Assembly: GCA_965249575.1 (NCBI GenBank)
Contig: OZ252244.1
Coordinates: 704,001-768,000, forward strand
DNA: 64,000 nt
Source of the DNA: Gemmatimonadales bacterium
GTDB taxonomy: Bacteria > Gemmatimonadota > Gemmatimonadetes > Gemmatimonadales > GWC2-71-9
Reading direction: 5' to 3'
Shown piece after piece: positions 1-9,570 of the stretch. The translations under genes and the position numbers were made by a program. The notes below the pieces were generated by a model. The model saw nothing but the letters and a program-made list of their open reading frames with translations. It had not been told where the DNA came from and made no database searches. The first letter of the stretch is position 1, and every line of letters begins with the position of its first letter.

Positions 1-710
1 CTCTGGGTAAGGTGGTACGCGTCGGCGGCAGGCCCCTACGGATCATCGGGCTGTACGAGCGACCCGACAACATCTTCCAGCCACCCTCGCAGCAAATCGG
101 CGCAGTTGTCCCGATGGAAACGGCCCGCCGATACTTCCGGTACGACGAGACGAACGCGCTGTGGATCGTGGTGAAGCCACGGCATGGGGTATCGGTCGTC
201 GCGGCTCGAGACGCGGTGACGGTGACCTTGCGCAATATCCGCGGACTACGTCCCAGGGATCCCGCGACGTTCGACCTCATCACGCAGGATCAGATCTTGG
301 ACATCTTCAATAAGCTCAGCAGCGTGTTTTTCCTGGTCATGCTCGCCCTATCGAGCGTGGCGCTCATGGTCGGCGGTATCGGCGTCATGGCGATCATGAT
401 GGTGTCGGTCACTGATCGCACGCGTGAGATCGGTGTACGCAAGGCACTGGGAGCGACCCGCCAGGAGATCCTCTGGCAGTTTCTCGTCGAGGCAGCCACG
501 CTGACGCTCGTGGGTGGGGCGATCGGAGTCCTCGCCGGGCTCACCGCCGGTGAAGCCCTGAAGCACATCCTCGGCTTTCAGGCTGGGGTCCCTCTCTGGA
601 GCGCCGCCGTGGCCTGTGCGTTCTCCGTGGGAATCGGCCTCCTGTTCGGTCTGCTCCCAGCCAACCGGGCTGCACGGCTGGACCCAGTCGAGGCACTGCA
701 CTACGAATAG
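1..710 (+). CDS. ABC transporter permease (MacB/FtsX family), 5' partial
   Basis: GGIGVMAIMMVSVTDRTREIGVRKALGA and PANRAARLDPVEAL motifs; frame open from the window start. Confidence 0.9.
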   Translation, partial: LGKVVRVGGRPLRIIGLYERPDNIFQPPSQQIGAVVPMETARRYFRYDETNALWIVVKPRHGVSVVAARDAVTVTLRNIRGLRPRDPATFDLITQDQILDIFNKLSSVFFLVMLALSSVALMVGGIGVMAIMMVSVTDRTREIGVRKALGATRQEILWQFLVEAATLTLVGGAIGVLAGLTAGEALKHILGFQAGVPLWSAAVACAFSVGIGLLFGLLPANRAARLDPVEALHYE

Positions 711-743
711 CGATTCTTCGAGCGCCCTTCGTAGATTGCCAAC

Positions 744-1466
744 ATGACTCCTTCCCTGGATCTGCTCGCGATCACGGCCCATCGCGACGACGCGGAGCTA
801 ACGTGCGGCGGCACCTTGGCCAAGATGGCGCGAGCGGGGTACCGCACCGGCATTCTCGATCTCACCGCAGGAGAGATAGGGACCCAAGGGGACGCTCGCA
901 CGCGCGAGCGCGAGGCGGCGGAGGCGGCGAAAGTGCTCGGGGTCACCGAGCGGGCGAACGCCGGGTTGCCGGATGCACACCTCCACAATACCGACGAGAC
1001 CCGCCGGACGGTTATAGGCCGGCTCCGGCAGTTCCGTCCCCGCACGGTCATCCTTCCCTTTCCGATCGGGCGCCACCCGGATCACCGTATCGCCTCGGAA
1101 TTGTCACGCGACGCATGTTATCTCGCTGGATTGGCTAAGTATGACGCCGACGGCGAGCCGCATCGTCCGGCAAAAATCATCTACGCGCTGGCGTACCGCG
1201 AAGATCCCGTCAAGCCGACCTTCGTCGTGGACATCTCAGAAGAGTTCGACACCAAGCTCGCCGCCATTCGATGCTACGCGTCACAGTTCGAGGGAGCGTC
1301 CGCCGCCGGCGAGGTGTTTCCGACCGGGCAGAACCTCTACGATCTAATCCAGACGCAGAGCGCGCACTATGGAAGCCTAATCAGGGTCAACTATGGTGAG
1401 CCCTATATGACGCACGAGACGGTGCGTGTCGACGACGTGATTCAGATGCCTGTTCAGTCCATGTAA
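744..1466 (+). CDS. bshB1: Bacillithiol biosynthesis deacetylase BshB1 (PIG-L family)
   Basis: AHRDDAELTCGGT, DLTAGEIGTQG, RHPDH, SQF and YGEP motifs. Confidence 0.85.
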   Translation: MTPSLDLLAITAHRDDAELTCGGTLAKMARAGYRTGILDLTAGEIGTQGDARTREREAAEAAKVLGVTERANAGLPDAHLHNTDETRRTVIGRLRQFRPRTVILPFPIGRHPDHRIASELSRDACYLAGLAKYDADGEPHRPAKIIYALAYREDPVKPTFVVDISEEFDTKLAAIRCYASQFEGASAAGEVFPTGQNLYDLIQTQSAHYGSLIRVNYGEPYMTHETVRVDDVIQMPVQSM

Positions 1467-1511
1467 CCTCAAGGCATTCCACTATCTCACCCACCACCCT
1501 AGTTTTCGCAT

Positions 1512-2687
1512 ATGGTGACGCGCGCAGTTTATGTCGACCACGCGGCGACCACGCCGGTGCGACCCGAAGTCCTCGAAGCGATGCTGCCGTACCTCACGGA
1601 GAGCACGTTCGGCAACCCGAGCTCCGCCCATCGGTTCGGGCGAGCGGCGCGCGCCGGACTCGAGCACGCCAGCCAGCAGATCGCGAGCGCGTTGGGGGTC
1701 CGACCGGTGAATGTCGTCTTTACATCCGGTGGGACCGAGGCAGATAACCTAGCGGTGATCGGTGGGGCGCTCGCGGCGCAACGGGCGGGGCGTCCGTTCT
1801 GCGTCGCGGTAAGCGGGGTCGAGCACAAGGCCGTGCTGACGGCCGCCGAGGCACTGGAACGCGTGGGCGGGGAGACCGTCATCCTACAGGTCGACGGACA
1901 GGGCCGGGTCGACCTGGACGGACTGGAGGAGACGCTCGAGCGCGGCGTGGCGCTCGTCAGCGTCATGTGGGTCAACAACGAGACCGGTGTCACGCAGGAC
2001 GTTCCGGCGATAGCCGCGCGATGTACCCGAGCGGGAACGCCCCTCCACACCGACGCGGTACAGGGCGTCGGCAAGCTCGACTGTTCGGCCGACGGCGGCG
2101 GCTGGAGTCTCCTCACCATCTCCGGACACAAGCTCGGCGCGCCGAAGGGAATTGGCGCACTCATCGTCAGCAACCAAGACCTCATTGAGCCGATGCTGCA
2201 CGGGGGCGCACAGCAAGGTGGCCTCCGTCCGGGAACCGAAAACGTCCCCGGCATCGTTGGGCTCGGGCGGGCCGTAGAGTTGGCCGTCGAGACCCGCCAT
2301 GAGACGGCCAGCCGCGAGGCCGCGCTGCGGGACGAGCTGGAGCGGCGCATCGAACAAGCCGTTCCAGACGTCGTCATTCAGGGACGGGATGCACCGCGCG
2401 CGCCCCACATTTCAAACATGTCCGTGCCGGGAACTGACAGCGAAGCACTCCTCATGCACCTGGACCTCGCGGGCGTGGCGTGCTCGTCCGGTTCCGCGTG
2501 TTCTACCGGCGCGATCGAGCCGTCACACGTATTGACGGCCATGGGAGTTGAGCGCCACATGGCAATCGGAACGCTGCGCTTTTCTTTCGGATCGGAAAGT
2601 CGCTCTGAAGACGTCGAACACGTGGCAGATACACTCCCGAACGTGGTCGGCAAGGTGCGCCAACTCGCCAGCGTGCTCCGCCGATGA
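1512..2687 (+). CDS. iscS: Cysteine desulfurase (IscS/NifS group)
   Basis: [30 protein letters not shown] (PLP Lys), SSGSACS; overlaps mnmA by 4 nt. Confidence 0.9.
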   Translation: MVTRAVYVDHAATTPVRPEVLEAMLPYLTESTFGNPSSAHRFGRAARAGLEHASQQIASALGVRPVNVVFTSGGTEADNLAVIGGALAAQRAGRPFCVAVSGVEHKAVLTAAEALERVGGETVILQVDGQGRVDLDGLEETLERGVALVSVMWVNNETGVTQDVPAIAARCTRAGTPLHTDAVQGVGKLDCSADGGGWSLLTISGHKLGAPKGIGALIVSNQDLIEPMLHGGAQQGGLRPGTENVPGIVGLGRAVELAVETRHETASREAALRDELERRIEQAVPDVVIQGRDAPRAPHISNMSVPGTDSEALLMHLDLAGVACSSGSACSTGAIEPSHVLTAMGVERHMAIGTLRFSFGSESRSEDVEHVADTLPNVVGKVRQLASVLRR

Positions 2688-3748
2688 CGAAGGGACGAGT
2701 CTTGGTCGCGATGTCGGGTGGCGTGGACAGCTCGGTCGCTGCCGCCGCGCTCGTCGAGCAGGGATACGACGTCGTCGGCGCCACCCTCAAGCTTTTCTGT
2801 TACGGGGACTCAGTCCCAGACCGGCCGTGCTGCTCTCTCGACTCGATTGCCGACGCCCGGTCCGTCGCGACGACGCTCGGTATACCGCACTACGTCCTCA
2901 ACCTCGAGGACCGGTTTCGCCACGACGTCATCGCGCACTTCATCGCGGAATACAGTGAAGGCCGGACGCCGATTCCGTGCGTGCGCTGCAACTCGTTCAC
3001 CAAGTTCACGGATCTCCTGGCCCACGCCGACGCACTCGATTGTGAGTATCTGGCGACAGGGCACTACGCGATCGTCAGGAACGGCGCCCTGTACCGTGGT
3101 GTGGACGCGTCCAAGGACCAGACGTATTTCATGTGGGGGATCGGGCGGGCGGTCGTTCGCCGCGTTCTGACACCGGTGGGCATGCTCACCAAGAGCGCGA
3201 CCCGAAAGCGCGCGCGGGCGCTCGGTCTGATCACCGCAGACAAGGCGGAGTCGGTCGACATTTGTTTCGTCCCCGACGGCGATTACGTCGCGGTACTGCG
3301 GCAGCATTTGCCCGGGGACTCCCCCGCCCTCACGCCCGGTCCGCTGGTGACCGTCTCGGGTGACGTCGTCGGGGAGCACGAGGGCTACGCCCGCTACACG
3401 ATCGGCCAGCGACGGGGGCTACCAGGTGGATTTCCGGAACCGATGTACGTGGTCGACATCTCTCCGGCGAACCGGTCCGTGACCATTGGTACCGCCGACC
3501 ATTTGCTCGGGCAGTCGGTGGAGCTCGGGGACGTCAACTGGTTAACCGATCCGCTGCCCCCAGGCGAAACGTGCGAGGTCCAGATTCGGTATCGCGCCGA
3601 GCCGGTCGCGGCGAGGGTGCGGCGGATCGACTCGAGCGCCCGATCCATGGTGCTCGATCTTCGACAACCGGCTCGCGCGATTGCCCCAGGCCAGTCGGGC
3701 GTGTTGTACCACGGGCCGCAGCTGTTGGGTGGGGGCGTCATCGCGTGA
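2684..3748 (+). CDS. mnmA: tRNA 2-thiouridylase MnmA
   Basis: [44 protein letters not shown]. Confidence 0.95.
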   Translation: MTKGRVLVAMSGGVDSSVAAAALVEQGYDVVGATLKLFCYGDSVPDRPCCSLDSIADARSVATTLGIPHYVLNLEDRFRHDVIAHFIAEYSEGRTPIPCVRCNSFTKFTDLLAHADALDCEYLATGHYAIVRNGALYRGVDASKDQTYFMWGIGRAVVRRVLTPVGMLTKSATRKRARALGLITADKAESVDICFVPDGDYVAVLRQHLPGDSPALTPGPLVTVSGDVVGEHEGYARYTIGQRRGLPGGFPEPMYVVDISPANRSVTIGTADHLLGQSVELGDVNWLTDPLPPGETCEVQIRYRAEPVAARVRRIDSSARSMVLDLRQPARAIAPGQSGVLYHGPQLLGGGVIA

Positions 3749-3773
3749 TCACATGTTTCCAGGATGTGCGTCC

Positions 3774-4148
3774 GTGAATCTGCTCGATCGTGTCACGACG
3801 GAGCTGGGGGTCGATGCAAAGAAGGCCGAGATCGGACTCGGGACGTTGCTGGCGTCTGTGCGGCTCACCGTGGGGCCCGAGAGTTTTGATGCCATCAAGG
3901 AACACTTGCCGCACGCCGAGTCGTTCATGGGACGGGCGTTGATGGGCGGCGGCCGGACGGGGGAAATCGTTGGGCTGATTGGCGCTGAGGCCGTGCGCAG
4001 AAACCTCGAGGCGGCGGGCTACACCGAGTCTGAAATCCCGAGATTGGGCGCGCTGGTCGGGGAACGGCTGAGGGAGGTGGTTCCGCCGGATGTGGTGGCA
4101 AGCCTCGAAACCAAGCTCCCGCTCCTCCGAGCGTCAGCCCAGGAGTGA
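3774..4148 (+). CDS. Hypothetical helical protein (DUF2780/DUF2267-like)
   Basis: GTG start after mnmA; LLDRVTTELGVDAKKAEIGLG pattern; family call tentative. Confidence 0.6.
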   Translation: MNLLDRVTTELGVDAKKAEIGLGTLLASVRLTVGPESFDAIKEHLPHAESFMGRALMGGGRTGEIVGLIGAEAVRRNLEAAGYTESEIPRLGALVGERLREVVPPDVVASLETKLPLLRASAQE

Positions 4149-4704
4149 TGCCTCACCTCCGCGTAGCGACGCCCATACTCCTCGCGTTGCTTGGTGCCGC
4201 CGCGCCTCCGGCGCCGCTCGGAGCGCAAGCCCGGCCGCTCCTGAGCCCGCCCGACTCCTGAGCCCGCCCGACTCCACCGAGCTAGTTGTTGAGGGCAAGC
4301 GGATGGTGGTACAGTACAGTCGGCCGTCTATGCGCGGCCGGGAGGTCATGGGAGGGCTCGTCCCGTGGAACAGGGTCTGGAGAACTGGTGCCAATCTCAG
4401 GACGCACTTCACGACGGAGATTGACCTGCGGTTTGGTGACATCAGGGTGCCAGCCGGGACGTACACGCTCTATACGGTGCCCAATCCCACGGTCTGGAAC
4501 CTCGTCATCAACCGCGAGACGGGCCAGTGGGGCACCCGCTACGACCACCGCCAAGACCTCGCGCGAATACCGGTCAAGCCGGCCTCCACGGCAGCGACGG
4601 TCGATAAGCTCACGATCGCGCTAGCGCCGATACCCAACGGCGGAGCAATTGTTCTGCAGTGGGAGAACACCCAGATCACCGTCCCGTTTGAAGTCGCTCC
4701 ATAG
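4148..4704 (+). pseudogene. DUF2911 family secreted protein, frameshifted by a 17-bp tandem duplication
   Basis: ATG 4148 (TGATG coupling) encodes a signal peptide then LLSPPDS-stop; the other frame continues SPPDST...YSRPSMRGR...WRTGAN...YTLYT...WENT; ctcctgagcccgcccga occurs twice at 4238-4271. Confidence 0.85.
4238..4271 (+). repeat. Perfect 2 x 17-bp tandem repeat
   Basis: ctcctgagcccgcccga at 4238-4254 and 4255-4271. Confidence 0.95.
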
Positions 4705-4811
4705 ATCGAGTCAGCGCGTGGGGAGCCGGCCGGCGGGACTTCAGCTTGTCGCTTGGGCCTCGCGTCCGTGATGATGGCGCCCGGGGGCGCGGGTGCATCC
4801 CATCGCGGCGC

Positions 4812-5486
4812 ATGAAAGCCACGAGCCCTTCTCAGTCTGCCAGCGTGGCGAGCCGTGTGGCGTTGACGACAGGCTTCGCGCTCTTCGTGGTTGTCATCGG
4901 GCTCCTGATCGCCCCTTCCCTCGTCTCGACGCACGTACGGACCTTCTATCCATCCTCGTTCTCCGATGGCATCAGGAAGGCCGAACTCATCGTTGACACC
5001 GTCACGGTCGATGCCAGCAACCCGGACGCCTGGCACTACTTCCACCTCGACAGCCGCACCCTAGGGTCAAGCGCCGCGGGGAGCTGGGACTTAGCGTTTC
5101 AGCGGTTTCGGGTGAGTGCCAGCGGTGTGGTGCTGGACCTGGGACCAGTCGATTTCGCCACCATCGACTCGGCTCCCGTTTCGACCTATGTGGACACGCG
5201 GCTCCGCGCGGATACGGTGAAACCTGAGCTCGAGCGCTGGTACCGATACGGAATGTTCAGCCACCTCCTGGAGACCAAGGGGCACGTCTACGCCCTGAAG
5301 ACCAGGGACGGCCGGTATGCGAAATTTCAATTCCTGAGTTACTACTGCCCGGGACCCACTCCGGGATGCGTCACGTTCCAATACGTGTTCCAACGGTCCG
5401 GATCCCGCGTTTTTCGGGTGGGCCCAACGGGCGGCGCCACGCACGCGGCTGAGTGGGACTCACCACGTCCCCCGTCAGTTCGTTGA
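4812..5486 (+). CDS. HmuY family heme-binding protein with N-terminal membrane anchor
   Basis: DAS..WHYF, WDLAFQRF, WYRY, VYALKTRDGRYAKFQFLSYY, VTFQY. Confidence 0.8.
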   Translation: MKATSPSQSASVASRVALTTGFALFVVVIGLLIAPSLVSTHVRTFYPSSFSDGIRKAELIVDTVTVDASNPDAWHYFHLDSRTLGSSAAGSWDLAFQRFRVSASGVVLDLGPVDFATIDSAPVSTYVDTRLRADTVKPELERWYRYGMFSHLLETKGHVYALKTRDGRYAKFQFLSYYCPGPTPGCVTFQYVFQRSGSRVFRVGPTGGATHAAEWDSPRPPSVR

Positions 5487-5587
5487 CGCACTGTGAGTGG
5501 CCGGGTACGTTCCCTCGGCACCAGCGGCAGCGATACCAGTCGCGGCGTCACCGGGGATTTGGCCCGGCCCATCCGGAAACGGAGCGC

Positions 5588-5962
5588 ATGACCGGACTCC
5601 TAGCGCGAGTACTCATCACCGCCTTCGGGCTCTGGCTCGCCGATATGCTCCTGGACGGGATCAGGTTCGATGGCGCGGTTCCCCTGTTCTTGGCTGCACT
5701 GCTCCTCGGAATTGCGAACGCGATCATTCGACCGATCATCCTGCTGCTGACGTTGCCGATCACTCTGGTGACGCTGGGCCTCTTCATTCTGGTGATCAAC
5801 GGTGCGATGGTTCTACTCGTCGCACGGGTCATGCCGTCCTTTCACACAGCGGGCCTAGGCGTGGCCATCATTGCCTCCGTTATCGTTGGTATCACGGGAT
5901 GGCTCGCGAACGGATTTGTGGGCAGCCGGGGTCGAATCGAGATCTTCAGGGTGAGACGCTAG
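5588..5962 (+). CDS. YvlD/DUF360 (phage holin 4 family) membrane protein
   Basis: NAIIRPIILLLTLPITLVTLGLFILVING signature; 4 TM segments. Confidence 0.85.
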   Translation: MTGLLARVLITAFGLWLADMLLDGIRFDGAVPLFLAALLLGIANAIIRPIILLLTLPITLVTLGLFILVINGAMVLLVARVMPSFHTAGLGVAIIASVIVGITGWLANGFVGSRGRIEIFRVRR

Positions 5963-5990
5963 GAAGACTCGCTCGGCAGACCGCCGGTTT

Positions 5991-6884
5991 CTATTGCTCG
6001 AGCCCGGTCGCCACGGTTTGAGCGTGAATCGACACCGTGTCATCCACGTTCCGCGCATACCCCCCGGCCATCACTGTCGCGACTGGAACCCCATCCGCCC
6101 CGCACCGTTGGAACACCAACCGGTCCCTCTCCGCCAACCCCGCCCTGGACAATGAGAGCCGGCCCAGCCGATCGTCTACGAACGGATCAGCACCCGCTAG
6201 GTAGATCGCGAGGTCTGGACGCCTCACAGTGAGGACGCGTTCCAACCCGGTCGCCAGTGCAGACAGGTATTCCTCATCCCCAACCGCGTCGTTGAGTGCG
6301 ATCCCGTAGTCGACCTCCGCCTTTTCGAAAGGGAAGTTGTGCGCCGCATAGATATCGAAGGTAAACACGGTACGATCGTCTGCGAAAATAGACGCGGTCC
6401 CGTTTCCTTGATGAACGTCGCAGTCGATGATGATGAGCTGGCTGGCGCGGCCCTCGGCTTGCATGGCGCGAGCCGCGACCGCGGCATCATTGAACACGCA
6501 GTACCCCTCTCCCCGGCCCGCAAAGGCATGATGAGTACCGCCGGCCAGGTTGAAGGACACACCCGCGTCAAGTGCAGCCCGGCACGCCCCGATCGTCCCG
6601 CCGACAGAGCGGCGGGACCGCTCGACCATCGCGTCAGACCAGGGGAAGCCGATGCGTCGCATCTCGTCCCGCGACAGCCGGCCATCCTGCACCATCTGGA
6701 TGTAGTCCGGCTCGTGTGCCCGACCTAGTTCCGCGTCAGTCGCGGCATGCGGAACCTCGAGGTCCCCGGAAACGAGCACCGCATCGGCGATGATCCGGCG
6801 TCGAAGCTTCTCGTACTTTTCCATTGGGAACCGGTGCCCGGCCGGTAGCGGAAGCACGAAGTGTTCGGTGAAAAATGCTCTCAC
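5991..6884 (-). CDS. Histone deacetylase family protein (class IV-like)
   Basis: HRFPMEKY, GGTHHA, GYCVFND, DCDVHQGNGT, AGADP, GGY. Confidence 0.9.
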   Translation of the reverse strand: MRAFFTEHFVLPLPAGHRFPMEKYEKLRRRIIADAVLVSGDLEVPHAATDAELGRAHEPDYIQMVQDGRLSRDEMRRIGFPWSDAMVERSRRSVGGTIGACRAALDAGVSFNLAGGTHHAFAGRGEGYCVFNDAAVAARAMQAEGRASQLIIIDCDVHQGNGTASIFADDRTVFTFDIYAAHNFPFEKAEVDYGIALNDAVGDEEYLSALATGLERVLTVRRPDLAIYLAGADPFVDDRLGRLSLSRAGLAERDRLVFQRCGADGVPVATVMAGGYARNVDDTVSIHAQTVATGLEQ

Positions 6885-6922
6885 GCCCGTCCGGCTGCCA
6901 AGCTGCCCCGCCACGTCTCCCC

Positions 6923-7561
6923 TCAGGGCGATAACCGCTCGATGCGCCACCCACCGTCGGGTTGTCGACTGTAGCGAAGGCGGTCGTGTAGCCGGTCGGG
7001 CCTACCCTGCCAGAATTCAACCGTTTCGGGTACGAGCCGAAACCCACCCCAGTGCTCGGGACACGGAACGTTCCCGTCCTCATGCCGCTCGGACACCTCT
7101 TGCAGGCGCGCGGCGAGTTCCTCGCGGCTACCGAGCACTTCGCTCTGGCGGGATGCCCACGCTCCCAGCCGGCTGCCGATCGGGCGGCTCTTGAAGTACG
7201 CCTCGGACCGCACCCGAGAAACCCGCGTCACCTGGCCGGCCACGCACACCTGGCGCCCAAGGGACGCCCAGAAAAAGACCAGTGCACCCCGTGGATTCTC
7301 CGACAGGTCCCTTCCCTTCCGGCTGCGGTAATTGGTGAAGAACACGAACCCGCCCTCCTCGACGCCCTTGAGAAGGACCGTGCGCGCCGAGGGGCGGCCG
7401 TCCCCCGAAGCAGTAGCAAGGGTTACAGCGGTGGGTTCGGTCAAGCCTGCCCCGAGCGCTTTTTGGAACCAGGAATCGAATTGTTTGAGCGGATCAGGAT
7501 CGGCATCCTCCTCACAGAGGCCGATCCGTCCCAGTTCCTCACGAAAATCTGTCGTCGCCAT
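6923..7561 (-). CDS. pdxH: Pyridoxamine 5'-phosphate oxidase
   Basis: PSARTVLLK, FFTNYRSRKG, YFKSRP, EFWQGRPDRLHDR. Confidence 0.95.
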   Translation of the reverse strand: MATTDFREELGRIGLCEEDADPDPLKQFDSWFQKALGAGLTEPTAVTLATASGDGRPSARTVLLKGVEEGGFVFFTNYRSRKGRDLSENPRGALVFFWASLGRQVCVAGQVTRVSRVRSEAYFKSRPIGSRLGAWASRQSEVLGSREELAARLQEVSERHEDGNVPCPEHWGGFRLVPETVEFWQGRPDRLHDRLRYSRQPDGGWRIERLSP

Positions 7562-7759
7562 GGCCTGACATAGTGAGAGTTGAATAGTGGCTGGCATTCA
7601 GCGGCCGTCTCATTCCCCGACGGCGGTTGCCGACGCCGCCCAATATACCGCCGCCGCGTCGAGAGAGGGGTACCCCTGGCCAGTTCCGATAACGGCGCGG
7701 GGGTCACAAACGACTTGATGCCATTATGTTTAGGCACCGGGTCGGCGAAGGAGCCAATC

Positions 7760-8749
7760 ATGCAGCATGTGAGACGTCGATGGATCTGTGTCGCGGCGGT
7801 GCTGGCTGGACTGTCGTGCTCCGACGGGGGCATCGCCCCGCAATCGTTCGATCCATTGAACGCGAGCCAGGCGGCCGAGAACGCGTTTGCCGCGATCGCA
7901 GACAACCAGGCGGTCCAGAGTCTCAAGGTCCTTGGCAGCGCCATGACTTTATCAGTGGTCGGCATATCTCGGAGTGTCTGGCCGACGTACTCGGCATCCA
8001 ACCCGACGGACATCTTCCCGGCCCCGTCCCTCGGGAAGACGTACGTCTACAACCAGCAGACCGCGCGTTACGAGCAAAGCGACCCACCGATCTCCGGGGC
8101 CCCCGCTGATGGCGTGCGGTTCCTACTGTATGCGGTCGAGCCGGACCTCCAGGTAATCGTTTCTCCGCTCGATCCGGTCGGACACCTCGACCTTCGTGAT
8201 ACGTCGGCGCCATCGGAGAGTAGCTTGCACCTCGAGGCCGTTATCGGAGGAACCACCGTCCTCGCGTACGACGCGGATGGCACGTTTACATCCAATCCCC
8301 AGACGCTCTCGTTCGGCGCGACGGGATTCGCTTCCAATGGATCGGCCCGCATCGACTTCGACTTGTCGCAAACGCTATCCCAGGGGAATGGCCTGGCGAT
8401 CGACTATAACATGACGGCCCCGGGGGGCGGCTTGCAGATCCGTCTGGTTGCCTCGCGCCAGGACGGCAGCTCCCCGGAGTCTACCCTCACGGTCGTCTCG
8501 GGGGATGATCTCGTCGAGATCGAGGCCTCGGGGTTGGAGAGCGTCACCGGCTCGGTCCGATTCAACGGTGCTTTGGCGGGAACGATCGAGGGAAGCAGCG
8601 ATGCGCCCGTTTTCCGGGCACCTGACGGCGAGCTGACGCCGAACCAGCTCAAGGGAATGCGGCAGCTCTACCACTTTACGGATGAGTTATTGGACCAAGT
8701 CGACGATCTCATCGGCCCGGCATACCTCGTGTTCGGCATCAACCTTTGA
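7760..8749 (+). CDS. Hypothetical lipoprotein, beta-rich
   Basis: AAGGAG RBS; signal peptide ending LAGLSC (lipobox-like). Confidence 0.7.
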   Translation: MQHVRRRWICVAAVLAGLSCSDGGIAPQSFDPLNASQAAENAFAAIADNQAVQSLKVLGSAMTLSVVGISRSVWPTYSASNPTDIFPAPSLGKTYVYNQQTARYEQSDPPISGAPADGVRFLLYAVEPDLQVIVSPLDPVGHLDLRDTSAPSESSLHLEAVIGGTTVLAYDADGTFTSNPQTLSFGATGFASNGSARIDFDLSQTLSQGNGLAIDYNMTAPGGGLQIRLVASRQDGSSPESTLTVVSGDDLVEIEASGLESVTGSVRFNGALAGTIEGSSDAPVFRAPDGELTPNQLKGMRQLYHFTDELLDQVDDLIGPAYLVFGINL

Positions 8750-9555
8750 GGCCCTGGCCGACCGCATTCATTCTCCTCGCGCTCGGGCTGCTCGCAGCTT
8801 GTGAGGCGCCTGGTCCGACTCTCGATCCGATTTTCGTTGACGGACGGGCCGCTGCAACGCGGGGCGACAGCGTACTGGCCATCACGGTGTCTGCGCACCC
8901 CGGGGTCCTGCTGCGGCACCGCCGATCTGGAGTCATCGAAGCCCTCGGGGCTACCGCACTGCGCAGTCCGCTTCACATCCAGAGCGTAGGAGAGGATTGG
9001 TACGTTTCAGATTCGGACGATGGCCGGCCCCTTCTCATCACCTTCGGCCCGAACGGACAGCCCAAGAGCCAGATCGATTTAGATGGAATCGCCTCGGCAC
9101 CACATCAGTTCGCGGTGTTACCGAATCGAAGCATCATCATCGAGGCCCCTGACGGACGTTTGCTGGCTCTACGAGATGATTCGGTCGCCGAGTTCGCGGA
9201 GTCCGGCGCCGTTGGGCAGAAGACGGGACTTCTCGTTGCGACCAGCGGTGGCGCGGCGCATGCCGTCCCCGACGAACACATCACCCTCTACAACGAGTTC
9301 GGAAACATCCGCTGGCGCGTCGACTGGCCATGGGCCAGCACCGCTTTCGTCACGGATTTTTCGGTCGACTTCAACGGGCGCGTTCATCTCATCGCCGGTG
9401 TCCCGCGCGACGGCACCTTCGTGGTATACACGCTGTCCATCGCAACGGGTGAAGTGATCCGGTGGTCGGTACCGGGGCCGCGTGCTACCTTCGTCGTGGA
9501 TTACCTGGGAAACATCAAACCGGACGATCGGGAGACGTGGGTGGGCCAACGATAG
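8746..9555 (+). CDS. Hypothetical lipoprotein, possible beta-propeller
   Basis: TTG start overlapping upstream stop; LLAAC lipobox; short beta repeats (YVSD, SVDFNGRVH). Confidence 0.7.
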   Translation: MRPWPTAFILLALGLLAACEAPGPTLDPIFVDGRAAATRGDSVLAITVSAHPGVLLRHRRSGVIEALGATALRSPLHIQSVGEDWYVSDSDDGRPLLITFGPNGQPKSQIDLDGIASAPHQFAVLPNRSIIIEAPDGRLLALRDDSVAEFAESGAVGQKTGLLVATSGGAAHAVPDEHITLYNEFGNIRWRVDWPWASTAFVTDFSVDFNGRVHLIAGVPRDGTFVVYTLSIATGEVIRWSVPGPRATFVVDYLGNIKPDDRETWVGQR

Positions 9556-9570
9556 GGTGCGCGGGCTCCT

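Noticed and set aside
5588..5962. Holin-family gene as a prophage marker
   Set aside because: YvlD/DUF360 proteins are common chromosomal genes; no phage genes nearby
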